A stretch of 64,000 nt of DNA, from assembly GCA_964570655.1 (NCBI GenBank), contig CAZMYU010000004.1, positions 49 to 64,048 of the forward strand, given 5' to 3'. This DNA is from an uncultured Gammaproteobacteria bacterium. Lineage in GTDB: Bacteria > Patescibacteriota > Patescibacteriia > Patescibacteriales > UBA12465. The notes beneath the pieces were generated by a model. The model was not told the origin of the DNA and searched no databases. It saw only the letters and a list, made by a program, of their open reading frames with translations. Position 1 is the first letter of the stretch. The number at the start of each line of letters is the position of its first letter. Position numbers and translations under genes: made by a program. Positions 1 to 7,353 of the stretch are shown piece after piece.

Positions 1-23
1 TGGTTCGAATCCATGTCCCCGAG
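1..23 (+). tRNA. 3' end of a tRNA gene cut by the window edge (T-arm, acceptor 3' strand, discriminator); identity unknown
   Basis: GGTTCGAATCC T-loop with CCATG stem half, 7-nt acceptor strand TCCCCGA, discriminator G, no encoded CCA. Confidence 0.6.
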
Positions 24-24
24 C

Positions 25-68
25 ACTAAACAAAAAACATTCCGGTAACGGAATGTTTTTTGTTTAGT
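25..68 (+). terminator. Long hairpin immediately after the tRNA (about 20-bp stem, GTAA loop)
   Basis: ACTAAACAAAAAACATTCCG-gtaa-CGGAATGTTTTTTGTTTAGT; same architecture follows tRNA-Arg at 61517-61562. Confidence 0.6.
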
Positions 69-82
69 ACGCCCCGTAGGGG

Positions 83-229
83 CGATGGATTCGAACCCTC
101 CTTCGCTCCTCGACAAACTCGGAGCTACGGGCGGGCAAAGCAGGACAGCTGACCGCGACAACGAAGCCAATCCGGAATTCCGCCGGATTGGCTGAGGCGG
201 AAAGCCATGTCCCCGATGGATTCGAACCC
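83..229. repeat. 16-nt direct repeats CGATGGATTCGAACCC (83-98 and 214-229) bracketing a GC-rich hairpin-rich segment
   Basis: Repeat is the reverse complement of the tRNA T-loop at 2-14; interior holds GC-rich element 96-135 and a perfect 11-bp hairpin at 165-193. Confidence 0.6.
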
Positions 230-265
230 ATTTGACATTATCTTAAGCTATGGTAATATATAATC

Positions 266-381
266 ATCCGATCAGTGTAGGTTAAAATAACCGAATAACG
301 AGGCGTGAATGGACGCCTACAAGAATCTAAATGATTCAGAGACTGATTGCCACACCAGCTTAAATAAAAGCTGGTTTTTTT
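266..381 (+). ncRNA. Candidate small RNA (promoter to intrinsic terminator, about 115 nt)
   Basis: TTGACA (232-237), 16 nt, TGgTAATAT (251-259); terminator CCAGCTT-aaataa-AAGCTGG plus T7 at 355-381; internal hairpin AGGCGT-gaatgg-ACGCCT. Confidence 0.3.
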
Positions 382-385
382 ATTT

Positions 386-415
386 ATGCTCGGGTTAAAC
401 GACATGGATTCGAAC
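386..415 (-). repeat. Inverted copy of the tRNA 3' end
   Basis: Reverse complement reads GTTCGAATCCATGTC-gtttaa-CCCGAGCAT versus GTTCGAATCCATGTCCCCGAGCAC at 3-26. Confidence 0.65.
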
Positions 416-513
416 AGGTTAAATTTTGGCCCGGCCCTCTAAAATTCAAAAAATTTTGAGTATATTGATAAAATTAGCTGTTTATGTTAAGTTGAATTTA
501 AAGATTAAAATAT

Positions 514-1098
514 ATGCTAATAGCGATTACTGGTATCGATGGAAGTGGCAAAACTACCCAAATTGAGCTCCTAAAAAGATACCTAGAACAAGCTGGAAAA
601 AAAGTGATGGTCTCTAAGGCCTATGGCGAATTAGAAAAGAAATGCCTGGCGCCACTTTTTAAATATTGGGATAGTTTAGCTATAACTTTTGTGTTTCAAG
701 GTCTCCATCGGCAACAATTTGTTGATGCTCAAAAATTTTTGAAAACCAAAACGATTGTTTTAGCAGATCGTTGGGATGAAACTTTTTTGTCTTTTCATAG
801 CAAATTTGGATTTTTGGCAAAAAATCACAAACTCAGGTCACAGTGGAATAAATTAGCCTTTGCCGGCCTGATTCCAGACCTGACTTTTTTTATTGATACT
901 CCGCCAAGAATAACTCATCAAAGATTGCCTGGCAGGGGAACTGATTTTTTTGACCGAGGTAGTCTAAAATATCATGAGCAGATTAGAAAGGCGACACTTC
1001 AGGCTCTCAAGGGTCGACCTTTAGTAATTATTGATGGAACCAAAACTATTGATGAGATTCATGATATTATTATCAGTCAGGTCGCCGCTAAATTATAA
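514..1098 (+). CDS. Thymidylate-kinase-like P-loop NMP kinase
   Basis: GIDGSGKTT P-loop at N-terminus; ADRWDETF and IPDLTFFIDTPP blocks collinear with the dTMP kinase family; first gene of a tight operon. Confidence 0.6.
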   Translation: MLIAITGIDGSGKTTQIELLKRYLEQAGKKVMVSKAYGELEKKCLAPLFKYWDSLAITFVFQGLHRQQFVDAQKFLKTKTIVLADRWDETFLSFHSKFGFLAKNHKLRSQWNKLAFAGLIPDLTFFIDTPPRITHQRLPGRGTDFFDRGSLKYHEQIRKATLQALKGRPLVIIDGTKTIDEIHDIIISQVAAKL

Positions 1099-1118
1099 AC
1101 AGGTTAAAGATTTAAAAT

Positions 1119-1454
1119 ATGCATCTTATCGATGAAATAATCAGAGATTTTAAGGAAAAGGGCTATATCCAAGAATTGGCGGTTTTATCTTCTCTGGATG
1201 AAAAGTATAAGAACATTGAAAAATTTACTGCTCAGGTCAATGTTTTAAAGGCCGAATTATCAGATTTAAGTCGTGATGAGCAATTATATTTAGACTGTAA
1301 ATTACAGGCTGCCGGTGTTGATCTTGGGTTGTGTCCAGATTTATATATTTTTTTCTCAAATAAAAATAATTGCTTTCATCACTGTTGCCAAAGAAATAAC
1401 AAAAAGCGGACTTTTTGCCGGGGCCAAATTAATAAATGTTCGTTGAGCGTTTAG
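1119..1454 (+). CDS. Cys-rich small protein, paralog 1 (candidate precursor or scaffold peptide)
   Basis: 111 aa; C-terminal about 45 aa with 6 Cys (CP, CFHHCC, FCRG, KCS); aligns along its length with 4655-5017. Confidence 0.55.
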   Translation: MHLIDEIIRDFKEKGYIQELAVLSSLDEKYKNIEKFTAQVNVLKAELSDLSRDEQLYLDCKLQAAGVDLGLCPDLYIFFSNKNNCFHHCCQRNNKKRTFCRGQINKCSLSV

Positions 1455-1473
1455 CGAAATCAATTTTTTATTT

Positions 1474-2439
1474 ATGTCAAAAATCGATAGTGTCGTTTTC
1501 CAGGTAACTAAGAAATGCGATTTGTGTTGCGCTCATTGTTTTTTTGATTCCAATTCTGTAAAAACTCAAAGTCTTAGTTTGAAGACCGCTAAGGCGGCCT
1601 TGTCTGATCTCCCTCTGTTTGGTTTTACTACGGTTAATACATTTATAATCACGGGTGGTGAGCCGACTATTTGGCCGTCATTGATAAACTTTATTAAAAA
1701 CATTCGCCTTCTTTATCCAAAGTCTAAAATTAGAGTTGATACTAATGGTTTGAATTTTTTTGAGCATCCAGAATATTTTTCAGAAATTAAGGCGGATATT
1801 TATGACATTAGCATTGATGAATTTCATGATAAGTCAGCTAATAGTCTGCTCGGTCAACCAAAGCATATTTACGTCGATCGAACTGGCAAATCGCGATTAT
1901 TGGAATTATTTATTAAAAATCAAAAAAAATTTCATTATCAAACAGTGGTTCGTTGGACTTCGAATCGTTTGGATGACAAGATATTTAAAAAATTTTGGGA
2001 GAAATATAGGCGTCGAGTTATGATTGTTCAGAAAAAAGTGACCGCTACTGGTCGGGGTCGAAATTTACCAACTAATTTTATTGGTACCGGTTACACTATT
2101 TCAGAGAGGCCGGAAAATTTTACCTGTCTTATGGGGCAAGCAATTTTACTGGCGCTTGATGGTTGTTGGTATGGCTGTTATCATCCGGTATCCTTAACTC
2201 GTTTGGGGCGAGCTGGCCAGAAAGAAACGATTAAAAAATATGGGATTTTAATAAAAGATAAAATTTATAAAAAATTGCCGAGACAAGGCCTGATCAATTT
2301 TATTGGATATATCCAAAAACATAATTTGTCCAATTCGAGGCTTATTGAGAAAATTTTAGTCAAGAAATATTGGTACCGCTGCCAACCTTGTGAAGAATTA
2401 TGTCAAGAAAAAATTTTTAAAATTAATAAATATGCTTAA
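1474..2439 (+). CDS. Radical SAM enzyme with SPASM/twitch-like C-terminal cysteine domain
   Basis: CDLCCAHC contains CX3CX2C; ITGGEPT SAM-binding motif; C-terminal CX12CX3C and CX2CX3C clusters. Confidence 0.75.
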   Translation: MSKIDSVVFQVTKKCDLCCAHCFFDSNSVKTQSLSLKTAKAALSDLPLFGFTTVNTFIITGGEPTIWPSLINFIKNIRLLYPKSKIRVDTNGLNFFEHPEYFSEIKADIYDISIDEFHDKSANSLLGQPKHIYVDRTGKSRLLELFIKNQKKFHYQTVVRWTSNRLDDKIFKKFWEKYRRRVMIVQKKVTATGRGRNLPTNFIGTGYTISERPENFTCLMGQAILLALDGCWYGCYHPVSLTRLGRAGQKETIKKYGILIKDKIYKKLPRQGLINFIGYIQKHNLSNSRLIEKILVKKYWYRCQPCEELCQEKIFKINKYA

Positions 2440-3484
2440 AACTAAAAGCAAATTAAAACCGATCGGAAAATATGTGAGCCATAATGAGCAGGACGGCATT
2501 CGTTATGCTTGGCAGCTTGATGATGTGGATGACAATTTTGTCGAAAGCGGTGCTTTTTGTAAACGGACTTATTTGGGGCTTAATCCGGTTGATGATTTTG
2601 TTGTTGCTTATACAACGTCCGTATCTCTTGGTTGTATTTTGAATAAAATGGATCGATCTTGTAAATTTTGCGTTACCGGAAATAGAATTCCGTTTCATCG
2701 TTTACTGACAGCTGAAGAAATAGCGTTGCAAAATGTTTTTATGGTCTTGGATGATAAAACGGCTAACGATTTTAGTCGAGCCCGAGAATTTGCGTATATG
2801 GGGCAGGGCGAACCAGGATTTTCCTATCAACAAGTTAGCGCCGCTATTCGTTTGACCGATCGAATTATGAATTTTTTGGGTTATCCGGTCTATCGACATA
2901 TTTTTGCTACTTCAGGGATTCCTGGAGCGATTGATCAGTTGACGGCTGAATATAGCCAGGGTTTGTTTGGAAAAACCAAAATATTATTGCACTTATCTGT
3001 GCATTCCGGCTTGGATCGTGGACGATTGATGCCGATTGATGAATTACATTCACTTCAAAAGGTGATTGCGTCATCTGTGAAATATTCAAAGGCTTCCGGT
3101 TTAAAGACTGTAGTAAATTTCATGCTTTTCAAAGATGCTTTTTTGATGGATGAAGGGCCATTTGATACTATTGATACTAAGAATGTTTCCGCTTTAATGA
3201 AATTATTAGACCCCCGATACCATCGGCTTATATTCTGTGAATACAACGCTAATCCCAATGTTGGAAATAATGGAAAGATAGAGCCAGAGGAAGTAGCTGC
3301 CTTGGTTGATCTAGCCAGTAGTTTGGGTTTTGAGACTAAAAAATTTATTGCCTTTGGAAAAGAAGATAATTTAGCCTGTGGCTTGCTTGGCGGCCAAGCT
3401 AAGCCAAACATTAATAAGCAGGAGATCGAGGCAATCTGGAATCGTTCTTTGGAGCTGATTGAAAAATTTAAGAATGAAATATAA
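2432..3484 (+). CDS. RlmN/Cfr-family-like radical SAM enzyme (divergent)
   Basis: Collinear blocks GC..SCKFCVTG, YMGQGEP, ATSGI, LHLSVHS and C-terminal ACGLLGG; ATG 2432 overlaps the upstream stop by 8 nt. Confidence 0.65.
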   Translation: MLKTKSKLKPIGKYVSHNEQDGIRYAWQLDDVDDNFVESGAFCKRTYLGLNPVDDFVVAYTTSVSLGCILNKMDRSCKFCVTGNRIPFHRLLTAEEIALQNVFMVLDDKTANDFSRAREFAYMGQGEPGFSYQQVSAAIRLTDRIMNFLGYPVYRHIFATSGIPGAIDQLTAEYSQGLFGKTKILLHLSVHSGLDRGRLMPIDELHSLQKVIASSVKYSKASGLKTVVNFMLFKDAFLMDEGPFDTIDTKNVSALMKLLDPRYHRLIFCEYNANPNVGNNGKIEPEEVAALVDLASSLGFETKKFIAFGKEDNLACGLLGGQAKPNINKQEIEAIWNRSLELIEKFKNEI

Positions 3485-3485
3485 T

Positions 3486-4565
3486 ATGGCTAAAAGAGTT
3501 ATAATTAGTGCTCCAGGACGCTTGCATTTTAATAGTTTAAAAATGAATTCATTTGGTGGGCGTGGCTGTGGTGGTATTGGTTTGTCCTTGACTCGACCCA
3601 GGATGACTCTAATCTTTGATCGCGCCCCCGAAATTATAATTGTTGGTGCCAATAAACAATTACGTAAAAAAATTGAGAATTTTGCCCGAGAGGTTCTTAA
3701 ATGTATTAAATCGGAGCTGGGAGTCCGCATTGAAGTCGTTGAATTTTTTCCTGGTCAAATTGGATTGGGCAGCGGCACACAGTTGGGTTTGAGTGTTGGT
3801 CAAGGAATTGGTTTGTTATATGGCAAGAAATTTAAGATTGACGATATTGCTAAATTGACGAAAAGGAGTGGGGTTTCTGGGATCGGCTATTACGCTTTTT
3901 CTAAAGGCGGATTAATTGTTGATGGTGGTTATCGAATGGGAGAACATGAAGCTAAGAAGAGCTTTGCTGACCATAGTCCGACGCCGCCACCTCTTGTCGG
4001 GCGTTATCGTTTTCCGGATAATTGGAAGATTTTACTTATCTCGCCGCAAGGAACCCCAAAAAAGAATTCTGATATTGATGAAGGGGAATTATTTTTGAAA
4101 AATACTCCGATTCCGCTCGATGAAGTCGGGTCTATTTGTTCGTATGTGCTTATGGGTATGATTCCAGCTCTCCAGGAGAGGGATTATTTTGCTTTTATGG
4201 CTGGTTTGTCGCGTATTGGTCATATTGGCACAAAAAAAATCGAACTCGAATTGAATAAAAAAAATTTGGAAGATATTAATACTCGTCTAGATGGTTTATT
4301 GGTCAATAAATTAATAAGAAATGGTGAAAATGAATTTTACTGGCATGACCTGTCTGGTTTTGATATCAAAGAAAATTTTTCACCAGATAAGATACCCTGT
4401 TTGTTGCTTAGTTCTTTGGGACCTTCACTTTTTTCTATTTTGTTGAGTGAATATCATAATTTTGAAAAAATATTATCTGAATTAGCCAGTAAATTGCCAA
4501 AAGGTTGGAAAGCAGATATTGTTTCTGCTAATAATAACCCAGTAAAAATCGAAATAATTGATTGA
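3486..4565 (+). CDS. GHMP-kinase-fold enzyme, beta-RFAP synthase / archaeal-type sugar kinase-like
   Basis: GQIGLGSGTQLGLSVG (GHMP motif II in the GLGSGTQL form); ATG at 3486 follows the upstream stop by 1 nt. Confidence 0.6.
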   Translation: MAKRVIISAPGRLHFNSLKMNSFGGRGCGGIGLSLTRPRMTLIFDRAPEIIIVGANKQLRKKIENFAREVLKCIKSELGVRIEVVEFFPGQIGLGSGTQLGLSVGQGIGLLYGKKFKIDDIAKLTKRSGVSGIGYYAFSKGGLIVDGGYRMGEHEAKKSFADHSPTPPPLVGRYRFPDNWKILLISPQGTPKKNSDIDEGELFLKNTPIPLDEVGSICSYVLMGMIPALQERDYFAFMAGLSRIGHIGTKKIELELNKKNLEDINTRLDGLLVNKLIRNGENEFYWHDLSGFDIKENFSPDKIPCLLLSSLGPSLFSILLSEYHNFEKILSELASKLPKGWKADIVSANNNPVKIEIID

Positions 4566-4654
4566 TGGGCATTATTGGTCAATTTTTTGCTATTGACATA
4601 TTTATATTTATATTATATAATTTATTATTGGTTAAACTTTAAAAGTTCTTAATA

Positions 4655-5017
4655 ATGAAAACAAGATTAGACCTGATTTATCAGGATTTAAAAAAGAAGT
4701 TTGAGCTTAAAGTTATAGTATTCAGTGATGATCCGGTGGAAAATTTTAGAATTGTTGATAAAGAGCTGAATACGGTTAATTTGGCGAAATGCTCGCTGCG
4801 CGATTTAGAAATTGAATACCCAGCTGCTGGGGCTTACATAGGTTATATGTTCCAAACAGAAAAAGGCGTTAATTTTGGCGTTTGTCCAAAATTAAAGTTA
4901 TGGAATAATCATCAGGGGTGGCAAAATCGCTGTCTTCACAATGATAAGACTTATGTGACTCAATGCTTTGGGCAATACAGGAGCTGCCAGTATCCTAAGC
5001 ATCGGCCTGAAAATTAG
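4655..5017 (+). CDS. Cys-rich small protein, paralog 2 (candidate precursor or scaffold peptide)
   Basis: 120 aa; GVNFGVCPKL matches GVDLGLCPDL of paralog 1; Cys/Trp/Asn/Gln-rich tail; last gene before a strong terminator. Confidence 0.55.
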   Translation: MKTRLDLIYQDLKKKFELKVIVFSDDPVENFRIVDKELNTVNLAKCSLRDLEIEYPAAGAYIGYMFQTEKGVNFGVCPKLKLWNNHQGWQNRCLHNDKTYVTQCFGQYRSCQYPKHRPEN

Positions 5018-5031
5018 ATCCGCAATTCGAT

Positions 5032-5061
5032 AACCCTAGCTTAAGACAAGCTAGGGTTTTT
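5032..5061 (+). terminator. Intrinsic terminator closing the 514-5017 operon
   Basis: AACCCTAGCTT-aagac-AAGCTAGGGTT followed by a T run. Confidence 0.75.
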
Positions 5062-5166
5062 AATAAATTATCGATTTTGGACCACAAGATATAACACGCT
5101 TTTAATTTGAAGGCATTTTTTGGTATAATTAAATTGATAAAGAAATAATCATTAAATTTGAAAATT

Positions 5167-5538
5167 ATGGAAATTACAATTTTTTTAGCAAAATTTTGGG
5201 GAAGTCTTTTTATGATTCTGGGCGCCATGTCTATTGGTGCCAAGTTTTTAGGTAAGGTTATAGAATATACTGAAGATAAAACTATTACGATTTCTACGGG
5301 CTATATTACCTTTTTGTTAGGCTTGGCTACGGTTGTGGCCCATAATATTTGGGCGGCCGATTGGCGCATTGCTATTACCATTTTGGGTTGGGTTACTTTG
5401 TTTAAAGGAATTGAAAAAATTGGATTTCCTGGCCGTGTCAATAAAAAAGCTCAAATGTTTAAAGGCGCTCAGGTGCTTTGGGGTAGTGTTATTTTTTTGA
5501 TCGGTGCTTTCTTTTTCTGGATAGGTTTTAATTATTAA
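5167..5538 (+). CDS. Small integral membrane protein (about 4 TM), hypothetical
   Basis: Hydrophobic segments throughout; TGgTATAAT extended -10 at 5121-5129; ATG 5167 preferred to TTG 5158. Confidence 0.55.
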   Translation: MEITIFLAKFWGSLFMILGAMSIGAKFLGKVIEYTEDKTITISTGYITFLLGLATVVAHNIWAADWRIAITILGWVTLFKGIEKIGFPGRVNKKAQMFKGAQVLWGSVIFLIGAFFFWIGFNY

Positions 5539-5805
5539 CACCTTGGTACCAGGCATCAGCTCCGTCTTGACATCCCCAAAATTTTGAAGTAGTATAATTT
5601 TATTATGAATAATTTGAATTTCAACAGCTTATTTGCCAAGAACTATTGGTTCCGTAAAAAAACGGGGCAGTTTTTGCAAGTGGCTGAATAATTATTCCTA
5701 ATTTTCAGCGATATCCACAGCAGAGACTCCCCGAGCGGGAGTTTTTTTGTTGCTTCGCCAATTAGTAATTCAAAACAGTTTTTTAACAATTAAATATCCA
5801 TTATT

Positions 5806-6738
5806 ATGATTAGAACTTTGCAAAACGTCAGGACTATCCAGACTCCGGGAGCCCTCTATTCGGTTATCCCCGAAGAGTCTGGTAATTTTCTTTTGGGACT
5901 TGGGCTGTGGGATCGTGAAAATGCTCCCCATAGCCAAGAAGTCAAAAACCAAACTCCCGGCCAAGTAGTTCGGGTTAATCAGGCTGGTGAAATCATCGCT
6001 AGCTCGCCCCTACTGGACAATATCATTTACCAATTACAACCAATTGAAACCGGAATAATTTTGGTCGGTTGTCGTAATTCCAATTTTTATTTTTTGAACG
6101 AGGATTTGAGCATTAATCGGAAATTGGATTTGCCAGGCAATGGTTTGTATTTTTGGAATTGGCACAAACCAATTCTAACCGCTACGATGAGAGCCGGGGC
6201 CTTAATGTTTTTGGATTTGCGCGACAACTCTTTTGAGATCTTGCAGATTGTGGATCCAGAGGTCCGCATGTGGGCTCTGGCTTCTGACCCTCAGCAGATT
6301 GTCTGTGGTTCTTACAATGGTGATTTGGCCCTGGTACGTAATCGCCAATTGGTCAAAAAAATAGCTGTTTCGCCCACCAGACGTAATGCTGTTTGGGCCA
6401 TTGAACACTGGCAGGATGGTTATTTTGTCGGCACAGCTAGCGGTGAAATTTTTTATTTCAACCGAGAATTAGAAGAGCAATCCTTGCTACACCAGAATCA
6501 GGCCGGGGGTCGCAATTCGGGCATTACTTCGGTGATGAAACTTGGCGATCAACTCCTGTTTGGTGACCTGCATGGCAATCTCCATCTTTTTAATCCCGAC
6601 GGCTCAGTGATTGATTTCGATTTGGCTTTGCCGGACAAAACTACCAATACCATTTGGTGGCTGGCTCCAGATGTTAGCGCGGGTCAAGTACTGGCCGCCC
6701 ATTGCAATGGCTCCCTAGACACCTATCAGCTCAAATAA
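5806..6738 (+). CDS. Beta-propeller-like repeat protein, hypothetical
   Basis: 310-aa ORF with repeated strand-turn blocks (GDL..V, GEIFYFN, GNLHLFNPDG); terminator at 6753-6782. Confidence 0.5.
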   Translation: MIRTLQNVRTIQTPGALYSVIPEESGNFLLGLGLWDRENAPHSQEVKNQTPGQVVRVNQAGEIIASSPLLDNIIYQLQPIETGIILVGCRNSNFYFLNEDLSINRKLDLPGNGLYFWNWHKPILTATMRAGALMFLDLRDNSFEILQIVDPEVRMWALASDPQQIVCGSYNGDLALVRNRQLVKKIAVSPTRRNAVWAIEHWQDGYFVGTASGEIFYFNRELEEQSLLHQNQAGGRNSGITSVMKLGDQLLFGDLHGNLHLFNPDGSVIDFDLALPDKTTNTIWWLAPDVSAGQVLAAHCNGSLDTYQLK

Positions 6739-6844
6739 GCTGGTAGCAAATTAAGAGATAATTTCAACATTATCTCTTTTTTATTGCCATTGTTTTTAAA
6801 ATACTGGTTTTAGGATATAATAAAGAATGAAGTAATCTAAGCCT

Positions 6845-7342
6845 ATGAAACGATCCAAAAAGATAATTTTGGCAGTCCATTGTCTGCTTAATCAAAATGC
6901 TCGGGCCAAAACCGTGGCCAAATGTCCGGGGGCAGTCCGGGAGTTTTTGGAGTTTTGTCTAAAAAATAATTATGGCATCGTGCCCATCGATTGTCCCCAG
7001 CTCATGTTTGAGCCTCTAAATAGAAAGGCTCAGACCAAGGAATTTTATGACAATTCTAAGGCTCGCAAGATATCGCAGACTGTGGTCAAAAAAGTGATTG
7101 AATTAATTAAGCTTTATCAGAAAAATAATTATCAGGTCGCCGGAATTTACGGCGTTGAAGGTTCGCCAACTTGCGGAGCGGTCAGAACTCATGTTCGAAA
7201 TAATCAAGGAAAGTCCGTCTCAGTCGAGGCGCCTGGAATATTTTTTGAAGAATTGACCAAAGCTTTAAATAGACAGCATTTAATCGTCAAGATTTACGAT
7301 TGGGACATTCAAGCCAAAAAAATACTATCCAAAAATATTTAA
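6845..7342 (+). CDS. Hypothetical Cys-containing protein
   Basis: 165-aa ORF with HCLLNQNARA, IDCPQ and GSPTCG motifs; family not recognised. Confidence 0.45.
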   Translation: MKRSKKIILAVHCLLNQNARAKTVAKCPGAVREFLEFCLKNNYGIVPIDCPQLMFEPLNRKAQTKEFYDNSKARKISQTVVKKVIELIKLYQKNNYQVAGIYGVEGSPTCGAVRTHVRNNQGKSVSVEAPGIFFEELTKALNRQHLIVKIYDWDIQAKKILSKNI

Positions 7343-7353
7343 TATAGAAATAT

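Noticed and set aside
309-398. 29-codon ORF (MDAYKNLNDSETDCHTSLNKSWFFYLCSG) with a GAGG 5 nt upstream
   Set aside because: The frame runs straight through the intrinsic terminator stem and T run, and SD usage is otherwise absent in this genome. It was treated as part of the candidate sRNA.
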